Source: an uncultured Actinomycetota bacterium
Lineage (GTDB): Bacteria; Actinomycetota; Actinomycetes; Propionibacteriales; Nocardioidaceae
DNA length: 32,000 nt
Reading direction: 5' to 3'
NCBI GenBank assembly: GCA_963816325.1
Contig: CAWFKC010000003.1
Span: 19,643-51,642, forward strand
The position numbers and the translations under genes are program-made. Shown piece after piece: positions 13,415 through 22,758 of this stretch (within the stretch, counting starts at the first letter, position 1; each line of letters starts with the position of its first letter). The notes under the pieces were generated by a model, which was not told the DNA's origin, searched no databases, and saw nothing but the letters and a program-made list of their open reading frames with translations.

Positions 13415-15312
13415 GTGCGGCTCCTTCCCAGGACGCGCCCCAAGGCGCTGATGGGGAACACGACTCGGTAGAGGTGGTAGGCGATGTAGAAGTCGCCGGG
13501 AAAGCCGGTGCCGGTGAACTGCGGCTCGTCCCAGCCGCCGTCCTCCCGCTGGTGGTCCACCAGCCACTGGACCCCGCGCGCCACCTCGCCGGTCTCCGTC
13601 TCGCCGGCCGCGTGCAGCGCGAGCAGCGCCCACGCGGTCTGCGACGGGGTCGACTCGCCGCGACCGCGCCAGGCGTCGTCCTCGTAGGACCTCAGGTCCT
13701 CGCCCCAGCCGCCGTCGTCGTTCTGGTGCCGGCGCAGCCAGTCCACGGCCCGCCGGATCGCGGGGTGGCTGCCCGGGATCCCGACCTCGACGAGGGCGGG
13801 AACCGCGGCACCGGTGCCGTAGACGTGGTTGGCGCCCCAGCGCCCGAACCAGGAGCCGTCGTCCTCCTGCTGGTCGAGCAGGTAGACCACGCCTCGTCGT
13901 ACGGCGTCGGAGTCGGCCATCCCCTCGCGGGCCAGCGACTCCACCACGTGGGCGGTGACGTCCGCGCTCGGCGGGTCGATGACCGCTCCGAAGTCGCAGA
14001 ACGGCAGCTTGTAGGCGATCTCGCGGGTGTTGTCGACGTCGAAGGCGCCCCAGCCGTCGTTGCCGGACTGCATGTCGACCAGCCACCGGACCGCGCGCCG
14101 CACCGCCGCGTCGGTGTCGGCGCCGGGGGCGCAGCGCCGCAGCGCCATGATCACCTCGGCGGTGTCGTCGGTGTCGGGGTAGAGGTCGTTGTCGAACTCG
14201 AAGGCCCACCCGGCGGCGGGGGTGTCCGGGCGCTTGACCGCCCAGTCGCCCTTGACGCGGATCTCCTCGCGCAGGAGGTAGTCGCGGGCCTGCGCCATCG
14301 CCGGGTGGTCGGGCTCGAGGCCGGCGTCGCCGAGCGCGACGGTGGCCAGCGCGGTGTCCCACACCGGCGACTGGCAGGCCTCGATCCAGCGCACCGGCCC
14401 CTCGGCGGACTGCTCGACGACGGTGAAGCGCTCCCAGCCCTCGATGCCGCGGGCCAGCACCGGGTGGTCCAGCGGGTAGCCGTAGGCGTGCAGCGCCATC
14501 AGCGAGTAGACCCACGGCGGCTGGATGCCGCCCCAGCAGCCGTCGGCCTCCTGCCGCTCGACCACCCAGTCGGCCATCTTGCGCAGCGCCTTGGTGCGCA
14601 GCGCCTTGACCGGCCGGCGCTCGTAGGCGTGCAGCGCCTTGTCGAGCCCGACGAACGCGCGCGCGAGCAGGTCGCGCTCCCGGGTGGAGGCGGCGGGCCG
14701 GCCGGTACGCAGCTCGTCGATGTCGACACCGAGGTCGCGGCGAGGGCGCAGCGCGGAGAGCATCGTGAGGGGGCCGACGGTCTGGCGGGCCCAGCAGGCG
14801 AAGTCGTAGAGGTTCAGCGGGACCTGCGGCGGCAGGAACACCAGCTCCGGCGGCAGCGCGGGCACGTCGTCCCAGGACCACTGGCCGAACAGCGCCAGCC
14901 ACATCTTGGTGAAGACCCGGAGCCCCTCGAGGCCGCCGGCGGCGAGCACCACCTCACGGGCCCGGCGCATGTGCGGCGCGTCGGGCGAGTCCCCGGCCAG
15001 CTTCAGGGCGATGTAGGCCTCGGCGGTCGTCGACGCGTCGGCCGGGCCGCCGTGGTAGATCGCCCAGGACCCGTCCTCGCGCTGGTGGCGCCGGATCCAG
15101 CGGGCGGTGGCCTGGGTCTGCTCCTCGGTGCGGATGCCGAGGAACTGACGCATCATCAGGTCCTCGGCGTCCATCGTCACGTTGGTCTCCAGGACGCCGC
15201 GCCAGTAGCCCTCGGCGTCCTGCCGGCCGAGCAGGTGCTGCACGGCCCGGTCCAGGGTCGCGTCCGCCTCGGGCACGTCGACGCACAGGTCTTCGCGCTC
15301 GGCAAGCGCCAT
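13411..15312 (-). CDS. shc: Squalene-hopene cyclase
   Basis: Track ORF 13411..16002 is over-extended. ATG 15312 (MALAEREDLCVD...) gives 633 aa. It has the DxDDTA motif (YPDTDDTAEV), multiple QW-type repeats (QREDGSW, QEADGCWGG, QSGNDGWG, QEDDGSWFGRWG, QNDDGGWG, QREDGGW) and GWAFEF. Confidence 0.96.
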   Translation of the reverse strand: MALAEREDLCVDVPEADATLDRAVQHLLGRQDAEGYWRGVLETNVTMDAEDLMMRQFLGIRTEEQTQATARWIRRHQREDGSWAIYHGGPADASTTAEAYIALKLAGDSPDAPHMRRAREVVLAAGGLEGLRVFTKMWLALFGQWSWDDVPALPPELVFLPPQVPLNLYDFACWARQTVGPLTMLSALRPRRDLGVDIDELRTGRPAASTRERDLLARAFVGLDKALHAYERRPVKALRTKALRKMADWVVERQEADGCWGGIQPPWVYSLMALHAYGYPLDHPVLARGIEGWERFTVVEQSAEGPVRWIEACQSPVWDTALATVALGDAGLEPDHPAMAQARDYLLREEIRVKGDWAVKRPDTPAAGWAFEFDNDLYPDTDDTAEVIMALRRCAPGADTDAAVRRAVRWLVDMQSGNDGWGAFDVDNTREIAYKLPFCDFGAVIDPPSADVTAHVVESLAREGMADSDAVRRGVVYLLDQQEDDGSWFGRWGANHVYGTGAAVPALVEVGIPGSHPAIRRAVDWLRRHQNDDGGWGEDLRSYEDDAWRGRGESTPSQTAWALLALHAAGETETGEVARGVQWLVDHQREDGGWDEPQFTGTGFPGDFYIAYHLYRVVFPISALGRVLGRSRT

Positions 15313-16328
15313 CAGTAGTCCCTTCCGCTCAACTTGTGGGTCAGCTTGGTGAGGTCCTCGTGGACGTCGGCGGGAAGGCCGAGCCCGTCGAGGATCCGCA
15401 GTGCCGCCTCGGACTCCCGTCGTACGGCGTCCTCGGCCCAGGACTTGCCGCCGGCCACCTCGATCAGGCGGGCCACCTCGGCCAGGTCGTCCTCGGACCA
15501 GGGCTCCTCGGCGGCGTACCTCTCGGCCAGCCGCTGCGCCTCCGGAGTGCCGGACGTCAGCGCGGCCACCACCGGAAGCGACTTCTTGCGCGCCCGCAGG
15601 TCGGACCAGACCGGCTTGCCGGTGCGCTCGGGAGCGCCCCAGATGCCGAGTAGGTCGTCGACGAGCTGGAAGGCCAGGCCGAGGTGCATGCCGTAGTCGG
15701 CCAGCCCCAGCGCGAGCGCGGCCGGGGCGTCGACCAGCACGGCACCGAGCGAGGCGGCGCACGCCAGCAGGGCGCCGGTCTTGCCCTCGGCCATCGCGAC
15801 GCACTCCTCGAGGCTGACCTCCTGGCGCGACTCGAAGGCCAGGTCCTCGGTCTGCCCCGCGATCAGCCTGCGGGTGCAGGCGTTGAGGCAGCGGATCGCC
15901 CAGGCGGTGGTCGGACCGCTGGTCTCGGCCAGGATCTCGTTGGCCAGCGCCAGCAGCGCGTCGCCGGCGAGGATCGCCGAGGAGGTGCCGAACGCCGACC
16001 ACGCGGTCGGCCGGTGCCGCCGCTCCTCGTCGCCGTCCATCACGTCGTCGTGCAGCAGCGAGAAGTTGTGCACCAGCTCCGCGGCCACCGCGGCGGGGAC
16101 GCCCGCCTCGGCGGGTGCACCGGCCGCGCGGGCGGACAGCACGGCGAGCACCGAGCGCACGCCCTTGCCGCCGCCGGCCCCGGGCTGCCCGTCGGCGTCC
16201 CAGTAGCCGAGGTGGTAGCCGCAGACGAACGCCGTGCGCTCGTCGAGGCGGTCCAGGGCAGCGCGCATCGACGGCTCGACGAGCTCGCGGGTGCGCTGCC
16301 AGATGTCCTGGCTGACGGTCTCGGTCAT
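15312..16328 (-). CDS. Polyprenyl diphosphate synthase (FPP/GGPP synthase family; hopD-type)
   Basis: ATG 16328 (MTETVSQDIWQ...) gives 338 aa. The first Asp-rich motif is LLHDDVMDGDEERRHRP and the second is FQLVDDLLG. The position between hpnE and shc matches my recollection of the Streptomyces hop cluster. Confidence 0.9.
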   Translation of the reverse strand: MTETVSQDIWQRTRELVEPSMRAALDRLDERTAFVCGYHLGYWDADGQPGAGGGKGVRSVLAVLSARAAGAPAEAGVPAAVAAELVHNFSLLHDDVMDGDEERRHRPTAWSAFGTSSAILAGDALLALANEILAETSGPTTAWAIRCLNACTRRLIAGQTEDLAFESRQEVSLEECVAMAEGKTGALLACAASLGAVLVDAPAALALGLADYGMHLGLAFQLVDDLLGIWGAPERTGKPVWSDLRARKKSLPVVAALTSGTPEAQRLAERYAAEEPWSEDDLAEVARLIEVAGGKSWAEDAVRRESEAALRILDGLGLPADVHEDLTKLTHKLSGRDY

Positions 16329-17686
16329 GGCGTCCTCACGATCTGGTGCTGGTCGGAGGTGTGGCCCGGGCCGCCGACCATGCCGCCGGCCATGAGACCA
16401 CTGCGGACAGCGCCCTCCATCGTGTCGGGCCACCCGGTGTCGGTCCAGGCGCCGGCCAGCACGAACCCGGGCCAGCGGGTCGCCGGTCCCGGCCGCAGCG
16501 CCCGGCTGCCGGCACGCTGCTCGAAGGTCGCCCGCGGCTCGCGGGTGACCCAGCTGTCGACGACGTTGGCCTGCGCCGCGGCCGGAAGCAGCGCGGCCAG
16601 CCCTCTCAGCTGCGTGTCCCGCAGGTCGGCGTTGACCTGGCCGAGCAGCGGGTTGGCGGCCGAGACCGACACGGTGAGGTACTGGCCGTCGACGCCCGCC
16701 GCGGCGGTCCGGTCGAAGAACCAGGGCACCGGCGACTCGATCGCGGCCGCGAACGGCAGGTCGGTCACGCGCCGGTCGTAGCGGACGTGCACGTTGTAGA
16801 TCGCCGACGCGCCCAGGCCGGCCCACCGGTCGCGGTCCGGGCAGGCTTCCGCGGGAGCGAGCTGGGCCGCCTGCTGGTGGGGGACGGCGAGCACCACGGT
16901 CGCGGCCTCGACGTCGCCGTCGGCGGTGCGCACGACGTAGCCCTCGTCGAGCCGAGCGATCTCCTGCACCTTGCGTCCGACGTGCCACTCGATGCCGACG
17001 CGGTCGAGCAGCGCGCCGGTGGCGGTGTGGTGGATCTCGGAGAGCGGCACCTGAGCCACGCCGATGTCGCCGGCGTCGGCCTCCTCGAGCAGGCCGACCC
17101 GGAACACCATCGCGGCCAGGGCCAGGGAGGCCTCGTCCACGCCGATGTTGAGCGCCGCGATCGTGACCAGGCTCCACAGGTTGGCCAGCGCCCGCTCGGT
17201 CTGCCCGTGCGCCCGCAGCCAGTGGCCGAAGGTCTCCTCGTCGGTGCGCGGGTCGGTGTAGTCGACCTTGCGCAGCGCGGTCATCGCCGTGGCCGCGCGG
17301 ACCCGCTCGAGCGGGCTCAGCGCGGTGTAGCGGGCCAGCGCCACACCGAGGTGCAGGGGTGCCGGGGTGTGCGGCGTACGGCGCAGGTGCAGCACGGAGC
17401 CGCCGGGGCGCACCACCGGGATGTCCATGCGCTCCTGCACCGGGACCAGCGAGTCGACGCCGAGCCGGCGCAGCAGCGCGCGGTAGCCGGTGTAGCACCG
17501 CAGCAGCACGTGCTGGCCGGTGTCGGCGGGGTGCCCGTCGCGCGCGAAGGAGTAGACCGCTCCCCCGAGACGCGGCCGTCCCTCCAGCAGCGTGACGGCC
17601 CAGCCCTGGTCGGCCAGCGTCAGCGCGGCGCTGGTGCCGGCCAGTCCGCCGCCCACCACCACGGCACGGTTGCCGGTCGCGGTCAT
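16325..17686 (-). CDS. hpnE: Hydroxysqualene dehydroxylase (FAD amine-oxidase/phytoene-desaturase family)
   Basis: ATG 17686 gives 453 aa. It has an FAD dinucleotide fold (AVVVGGGLAGTSAALTLADQGWAVTLLEGRPRLGG) and a C-terminal GFVLAGAWTDTGWPDTMEGAVRSG. It sits after hpnC/hpnD, with ATGA overlaps at both ends. Confidence 0.88.
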   Translation of the reverse strand: MTATGNRAVVVGGGLAGTSAALTLADQGWAVTLLEGRPRLGGAVYSFARDGHPADTGQHVLLRCYTGYRALLRRLGVDSLVPVQERMDIPVVRPGGSVLHLRRTPHTPAPLHLGVALARYTALSPLERVRAATAMTALRKVDYTDPRTDEETFGHWLRAHGQTERALANLWSLVTIAALNIGVDEASLALAAMVFRVGLLEEADAGDIGVAQVPLSEIHHTATGALLDRVGIEWHVGRKVQEIARLDEGYVVRTADGDVEAATVVLAVPHQQAAQLAPAEACPDRDRWAGLGASAIYNVHVRYDRRVTDLPFAAAIESPVPWFFDRTAAAGVDGQYLTVSVSAANPLLGQVNADLRDTQLRGLAALLPAAAQANVVDSWVTREPRATFEQRAGSRALRPGPATRWPGFVLAGAWTDTGWPDTMEGAVRSGLMAGGMVGGPGHTSDQHQIVRTP

Positions 17687-18540
17687 ACGGTCCCCCTCGC
17701 CAGCGCGCGGGCGGCCACCCGGAGCTTGTCGGGGGTGCTCAGCGAGACCCGGGTGTCGCGGATCCGCTCGGGGTCGGCGGCGATCTGGTCGAGCAGCCGG
17801 CGGTAGATGCCCGCCATCGCGGCGGTGCAGGCCGCGCTGCGCCGGTCGAGCAGCGGCAGCAGCTGCAGCCCCTCGTCGTACCAGCGCGCCGCCCGCTCGG
17901 CCTCGAAGCGCACCAGCGCGGCGAGGTTGGCCGGCGGGTCCACGAGCCGGCCGCGGGAGTCGACGTCGAGCGTGCACTCGAAGCGCTTGAGGTCCTCCTC
18001 CGGTAGGTAGATGCGACCGTTGACCCGGTCCTCGCGCACGTCGCGCAGGATGTTGGTCAGCTGCAGGGCCACCCCGAGGGAGTCGGCCAGGCCCCAGGCA
18101 CGGTCGAGCCGCGGCGGGGAGTAGACGCCCACGGAGAGCCGGCCCACGGAGCCGGCGACCCAGCGGCAGTAGCCGACCAGGTCGTCGAAGGTGCCGTAGC
18201 GGTGCACGGTCACGTCCGCGCGGCAGCCGGAGACGATCTCGTCGAAACCCTCGAGCGGCACCGGGAAGCGCTCCAGCACGTCGGCGAGCGCCTGCACGAC
18301 CGGGTCCTGCGAGGCCGGGTCGAGCGGGTGCAGCTGCTTCTGGACCTCGTCGAGGCCGGCGAGCTTCTCCTCGTCGGGCAGGTCGCCGTCGCCGATGTCG
18401 TCGATGCGCCGGGCCATCGCGTAGATCGCCGACAGCGCCTGCCGCTTCGCGGTCGGCAGCAGCCGGATGCCGTAGGAGAAGTTGCGGGCCTCGCTGCGGG
18501 TGATGGCCTCGCAGACGGCGTAGGCGGTCTCGAGCTTCAT
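17683..18540 (-). CDS. hpnD: Presqualene diphosphate synthase (squalene/phytoene synthase family)
   Basis: ATG 18540 gives 285 aa: YAVCEAITRSEARNFSYGIRLLPTAKRQALSAIYAMARRIDDIGD, YCRWVAGSVG, LQLTNILRDVREDRVNGRIYLP. The hpnC versus hpnD assignment rests on gene order and N-terminal motifs. Confidence 0.85.
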   Translation of the reverse strand: MKLETAYAVCEAITRSEARNFSYGIRLLPTAKRQALSAIYAMARRIDDIGDGDLPDEEKLAGLDEVQKQLHPLDPASQDPVVQALADVLERFPVPLEGFDEIVSGCRADVTVHRYGTFDDLVGYCRWVAGSVGRLSVGVYSPPRLDRAWGLADSLGVALQLTNILRDVREDRVNGRIYLPEEDLKRFECTLDVDSRGRLVDPPANLAALVRFEAERAARWYDEGLQLLPLLDRRSAACTAAMAGIYRRLLDQIAADPERIRDTRVSLSTPDKLRVAARALARGTV

Positions 18541-19367
18541 CCGGGCCTCCTCACCGACGCGGCGACAAGCGCGCCGAGGATCTCCCGGGAGGTGGGCTTG
18601 GGCACCCCCGCCAGCGTGTCGTAGCCGTGGCGCTTGATCCCGGCGGCGGCGGCGCGGCCACCGCTGATGTAGCCGGAGACCGCGAGGCGTGCCCAGCCGT
18701 GCAGCAGCGGCACCAGGAACGCGCCGGCGTCGATCCAGGCCAGGGCCCGGTCGGTCTCGAAGCCGACGAGGTCGACCAGCTCCGCACTCGCCCGCGGGGC
18801 GGCCAGCATCTCCTCGGTGACACCGAAGGCGCGCATGTCCTCCTGGGGGAGGTAGATCCGCCCGTCGCGGTAGTCCTCGGCGAGGTCCTGCCAGTGCTCG
18901 ACGAGCTGCAGCCCGGTGCAGACCCGGTCCGAGAGCGCGATCCGGTCGGGGTCGGCCGCGCCGAAGAGGTAGAGCACGATCTCGCCGACCGGGTTGGCCG
19001 AGAGCGCGCAGTAGCCGAGCAGGTCCTCGAAGGTCGGGTAGCGGGTGACGTGCTGGTCCTGGAGGTTGGCCTCGACCAGTCGCAGCCACGGGTCGGCGGG
19101 CACACCGGAGGCCTCGACCAGGGGAGCCAGGTCGCGGACCACCTCCAGGCGCGCGCCCCGTCCGTCGTACAGGCTGCGGACGTCGTCGGCGACGTCTCGC
19201 AGCGCGCGCTCGCGGTCACCGGTCGACTCGTCGCCGAGGTCGTCGACGTAGCGCGCGTAGCGGTAGAGAGCGAGCAGGTCGCGGCGCACCCCGGCCGGCA
19301 GGATCCGCATCTGGACCGGGAAGTTCTCGTGGTGCGCCTTCTGCTCGAGCAGCTCGGCCTGGGTCAC
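18537..19367 (-). CDS. hpnC: Hydroxysqualene synthase (squalene/phytoene synthase family)
   Basis: 276 aa. The GTG start overlaps the dxs stop (GTGA). Motifs are [47 protein letters not shown] and [22 protein letters not shown]. Confidence 0.85.
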   Translation of the reverse strand: MTQAELLEQKAHHENFPVQMRILPAGVRRDLLALYRYARYVDDLGDESTGDRERALRDVADDVRSLYDGRGARLEVVRDLAPLVEASGVPADPWLRLVEANLQDQHVTRYPTFEDLLGYCALSANPVGEIVLYLFGAADPDRIALSDRVCTGLQLVEHWQDLAEDYRDGRIYLPQEDMRAFGVTEEMLAAPRASAELVDLVGFETDRALAWIDAGAFLVPLLHGWARLAVSGYISGGRAAAAGIKRHGYDTLAGVPKPTSREILGALVAASVRRPG

Positions 19368-21232
19368 GAGGCACCTCCGCGACCCTGCACGAGACGGAGC
19401 CGGCGGGACGGACCGGACAGCTGGCCGCAGACCTCCTTCACGTAGGTCGCGATCCCGTGACCGTCCAGGCCGAACCGGGTGAGCAGCTCGGCGCGCGAGC
19501 CGTGCGGCAGGAACTGCGTCGGCAGGCCCAGCGGGCGCACCGGCACGTCGAGGCCCGCGTCGGCTGCCGCGAGCGCGATCCGGCTGCCCACACCGCCGTC
19601 ACGGACGCCGTCCTCGACGGTCACGACGAGACGGTGCCGGGCGACGAGGTCGAGCACGCCCTGGCTCGGCGGGTGCACCCAGCGCGGGTCGGCCACGGTG
19701 CACTCGACACCGAGGTCGGCGAGGATGCCGGCCGCCTCCAACGCCGCCGGGGCGAGTGCGCCCACACTGAGCAGCAGCACGTCCGCCGATTCGTGCCGGC
19801 GCAGGACGTCCACGCCGTCGCGGCGCTCGACCGCGTCGATCGGCGCGCCGAGGGCGGCCTTGGGGAACCGCAGGGTGGTCGGGCCGTCGTCGACCGCGAC
19901 CGCCTCGGCCAGCTCCTCCTCCAGCGTGGCGGCGTCGCGCGGGGCGGCGATCCGCATGCCGGGGACGATGCCGAGCATGGCCAGGTCCCACATGCCGTGG
20001 TGGCTCGGGCCGTCCGGCCCGGTGATGCCGGCCCGGTCGAGGACCAGCGTGACCGGCTGGCGGTGCAGGCCGACGTCCATCATGGTCTGGTCGAAGGCGC
20101 GGTTGGCGAACGTCGCGTAGACCGCGACCACCGGGTGGCGTCCGCCCATCGCGAGCGCGGCCGCGGAGGTGAGCGCGTGCTGCTCGGCGATGCCCACGTC
20201 GAAGCAACGGTCCGGGTAGCGGTCGGCGAACTTCTGCAGGCCGGTCGGGCCGAGCATCGCCGCGCTGATCGCGACCACCTCGGGACGGGTCTCCCCGAGC
20301 CCGACGAGCGCATCGGAGAACGCGTGCGTCCAGGTGGGCCGCGGCGCCGCGGACGGCTTGCCGGTCTCGCGCTCCACAACCCCGACGCTGTGGAAGTGGT
20401 CGGCCTCGTCCTGCTCGGCGGGAGCGTAGCCTCGGCCCTTCTCGGTCAGGGCGTGCACCACCACCGGCCCGGAGCAGCCGCGGGCCTGCCGCAGCACGTC
20501 GTCGAGCGCGTCGAGGTCGTGGCCGTCGACCGGGCCGAGGTAGCCGAAGCCGAGCTCGGCGAAGACGCCCTCCGTGGAGACCGGCTGCTCCTCGTGGCGC
20601 ACGGGCGCGCCGCCGAGCAGGTCCTGGACGGCGGCGTAGCCGCTGCGGTCGCGCAGCCGGGCCAGGTGCTGGGCGAGTCCGCCGATGGTCGGCGAGTAGG
20701 AGCGGCCGTTGTCGTTGAGCACCACGACGACGCGACGGTCGGAGCGACCGAGGTTGTTCAGCGCCTCCCAGGACAGCCCTCCCGTCAGCGCCCCGTCTCC
20801 GACCACCACGACCACGCAGCGGTCCCGCTCCCCGGCCAGGGTGAACGACTTGGCCAGCCCGTCGGCGTAGGCAAGGGCCGTGGAGGCGTGGGAGTTCTCG
20901 ACCACGTCGTGCACCGACTCGGCGCGGCTGGGGTACCCGGAGAGACCGTCGGCCTTGCGGAGTGCGGTGAAGCCGTCCTTCCGGCCGGTGAGCATCTTGT
21001 GGACGTAGGACTGGTGGCCGGTGTCGAAGACGATGGGGTCGTGGGGCGAGTCGAAGACCCGGTGCAGGGCCAGGGTCAGCTCGACGACGCCGAGGTTGGG
21101 TCCGAGATGCCCGCCCGTGCGGCAGACCGACGCCACCAGCCGCTCGCGCAGCTCGGCGGCGGCCCGCCGAAGGTCGACGGGAGCCAGCAGGCGCAGGTCC
21201 GCCGGGCTGCCGATGTTGTCCAGGACGTTCAT
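19364..21232 (-). CDS. dxs: 1-deoxy-D-xylulose-5-phosphate synthase (first gene of the hopanoid operon)
   Basis: 622 aa: [45 protein letters not shown], ThDP-binding GDGALTGG...LNDNG, and DVGIAEQHA. Confidence 0.95.
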   Translation of the reverse strand: MNVLDNIGSPADLRLLAPVDLRRAAAELRERLVASVCRTGGHLGPNLGVVELTLALHRVFDSPHDPIVFDTGHQSYVHKMLTGRKDGFTALRKADGLSGYPSRAESVHDVVENSHASTALAYADGLAKSFTLAGERDRCVVVVVGDGALTGGLSWEALNNLGRSDRRVVVVLNDNGRSYSPTIGGLAQHLARLRDRSGYAAVQDLLGGAPVRHEEQPVSTEGVFAELGFGYLGPVDGHDLDALDDVLRQARGCSGPVVVHALTEKGRGYAPAEQDEADHFHSVGVVERETGKPSAAPRPTWTHAFSDALVGLGETRPEVVAISAAMLGPTGLQKFADRYPDRCFDVGIAEQHALTSAAALAMGGRHPVVAVYATFANRAFDQTMMDVGLHRQPVTLVLDRAGITGPDGPSHHGMWDLAMLGIVPGMRIAAPRDAATLEEELAEAVAVDDGPTTLRFPKAALGAPIDAVERRDGVDVLRRHESADVLLLSVGALAPAALEAAGILADLGVECTVADPRWVHPPSQGVLDLVARHRLVVTVEDGVRDGGVGSRIALAAADAGLDVPVRPLGLPTQFLPHGSRAELLTRFGLDGHGIATYVKEVCGQLSGPSRRLRLVQGRGGAS

Positions 21233-21342
21233 AGGGGGCGCTTTCTGCCGATCGCGATCGGGTTCAGGGCAATATTTGTATCTTACAACGAGACTTCTCT
21301 CCCAGGCACATTTGTATCGTCCTACGAGGCGTCCCGCAGCCC
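21233..21342 (-). promoter_or_regulatory. dxs/hopanoid-operon leader with paired 19-nt direct repeats, an inverted repeat and a 14-bp palindrome
   Basis: This is the most visibly AT-rich stretch of the window. ATTTGTATCTTACAACGAG (21274-21292) and ATTTGTATCGTCCTACGAG (21310-21328) match at 16 of 19 positions and start 36 bp apart. The proximal copy contains TTGTA-TCT-TACAA (21276-21288), overlapping a minus-strand TAAGAT -10-like hexamer (21280-21285). A perfect palindrome CCGATCGCGATCGG lies at 21248-21261, in the presumed 5' UTR. Confidence 0.5.
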
Positions 21343-21825
21343 TTACCCTCGTCCGCGCTCCTCATTCACTCCCTCGGACAGAAAGTCGCCGAACTCCTGC
21401 GACAGGTTCCCGAGGAACTCCGGCGAGATCCGCAACTGTTCGGCGATGCGCTCGAGCTGCTCGAGATGGACCTCCGAGAGCCGGGCGATCACGTCGCGGC
21501 CCTTGTCGGTCAGCTGCACTCGGACGCGGCGATGATCGGCGGGGTCGACGTACCGGGAGACCAGACCGAGTGCCATCACCCGGTTGGCCAGCTCGACGGC
21601 GCTGTGGTGCCGGATCAGCAGGTAGTGAGAGATGTCCCCGACGCTCGGCGGCTCCGGGCCCGGGTGCGCGCGGACGGCGAGCAGGAACTGGTGCTGCTGA
21701 GAGGTGAGCCCCAGCGCCGAGGACTGTTCGCCGCTCCAGCGCTGGAAGTTCCGCAGGGCGCAGTGGAAGATCAGCATGATCTGGTACTGCTCCTCGGTGG
21801 GCTCGGCCATTCCACTCCGTTCCAT
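21343..21825 (-). CDS. MarR-family transcriptional regulator
   Basis: 160 aa, or 155 aa if the second ATG at 21810 is used (it has the better GGAG spacing). The winged-helix region is [12 protein letters not shown]...[51 protein letters not shown]. It lies directly upstream of dxs on the same strand. Confidence 0.85.
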   Translation of the reverse strand: MERSGMAEPTEEQYQIMLIFHCALRNFQRWSGEQSSALGLTSQQHQFLLAVRAHPGPEPPSVGDISHYLLIRHHSAVELANRVMALGLVSRYVDPADHRRVRVQLTDKGRDVIARLSEVHLEQLERIAEQLRISPEFLGNLSQEFGDFLSEGVNEERGRG

Positions 21826-21922
21826 CCCGGCGCCGGTTACCTTGGGAGCACCCGCACCGTCCCCGTCGCCTCACGTGAAGGGCCCCCACGTGCCCCACCC
21901 GCCGAGCCTTCAAACCGTCCGC

Positions 21923-22537
21923 ATGCCGGCCAAGGTCCGCCTGGTGATCTCCGTGGCTCTCCACCTCGGGGAGTCGGTCGTGGTGCCGCTGGCGCTGTTC
22001 TACGCCGTCGTGACCGCGTTCGGACTCTACAGCGCACTGCTGGCCAGCCTGGGGTGGGCCTACTCGGCAGTAACGGTGCGGCTGGTCCGCGGCAGCACGC
22101 CGCCGATGGTGCTGCTGGTGACCACCGCGCTGGCCACGCTCAAGGCGGGCATCACCTTCGCCACGAACTCCTCCACGGCCTTCTTCCTCCAGCCGACGGT
22201 GGCCACCTACGCCTTCGCGGCCGCACTGCTGGTGAGCGTGCCGCTGGGGCGGCCGCTGATCCAGCGCCTGGCGAACGACTTCTGCCCGCTGCCGGAGGAG
22301 GTGGTGACCTCCGAGCCGGTCCGCCGCTTCTTCATGCGCCTCTCGCTGCTGTGGGCCGCGGTGCTGCTGGTCAACGCCACCGTGACGCTGGCGTTCCTGC
22401 TGTCGATGTCGGTGACCTGGTCGGTCCCGCTGGCCAGCGCCGCCTCCGTGCCGGCGTTCGCGGTCGGTCTGGTCGCCTCGCTGCTGTGGTTCCGCCGCTC
22501 GCTGCGCGACGGCGGCTTCACGCTCACCTGGGGCTGA
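21923..22537 (+). CDS. Polytopic membrane protein of unknown function (about 6 TM), divergent from the MarR gene
   Basis: The first in-frame ATG clear of the MarR gene is 21923, giving 204 aa (MPAKVRLVISVALHLGESVVVPLALFYAVVTAFGLYSALLASLGW...). It is hydrophobic throughout with high GC3. The upstream part of the track ORF overlaps the MarR gene and was rejected. No Shine-Dalgarno was seen, so the start is uncertain. Confidence 0.6.
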   Translation: MPAKVRLVISVALHLGESVVVPLALFYAVVTAFGLYSALLASLGWAYSAVTVRLVRGSTPPMVLLVTTALATLKAGITFATNSSTAFFLQPTVATYAFAAALLVSVPLGRPLIQRLANDFCPLPEEVVTSEPVRRFFMRLSLLWAAVLLVNATVTLAFLLSMSVTWSVPLASAASVPAFAVGLVASLLWFRRSLRDGGFTLTWG

Positions 22538-22619
22538 CCGACCCGGCGCTTCCGCCCCCTACGGACCCCCGACCCGACGCTTCTGCCGCCGGAACTCCGC
22601 CCGAGTCGGCGCTTCTGCC
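22538..22619. repeat. Three degenerate 19-nt direct repeats (period 31-32 nt) upstream of the HTH-TOBE regulator gene
   Basis: CCGACCCGGCGCTTCCGCC (22538-22556), CCGACCCGACGCTTCTGCC (22569-22587) and CCGAGTCGGCGCTTCTGCC (22601-22619). The third copy runs into the imperfect palindrome CTTCTGCCTCG/CGAGGCGAAG. Confidence 0.7.
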
Positions 22620-22758
22620 TCGCGAGGCGAAGACCCGCAGCCGGCTAACCGAACCGGGGAGGGAAGCGAAGCCGCACCTCGGGCCGTTGAAGCGCTGCGT
22701 GAACGCGGATGCGGGCTGTTGATGGCGTGATCGACCGCAGATGCGGCAGACTGCCTGC

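Noticed and set aside
22538-22758. A possible Moco riboswitch or other structured leader upstream of the molybdate locus.
   Set aside because: I could see complementary GCGCTTC/GAAGCGC segments. I could not recognise the conserved Moco-motif core from memory, and the first downstream gene is a regulator rather than moaA or modA. A covariance-model scan is needed, so no call was made.
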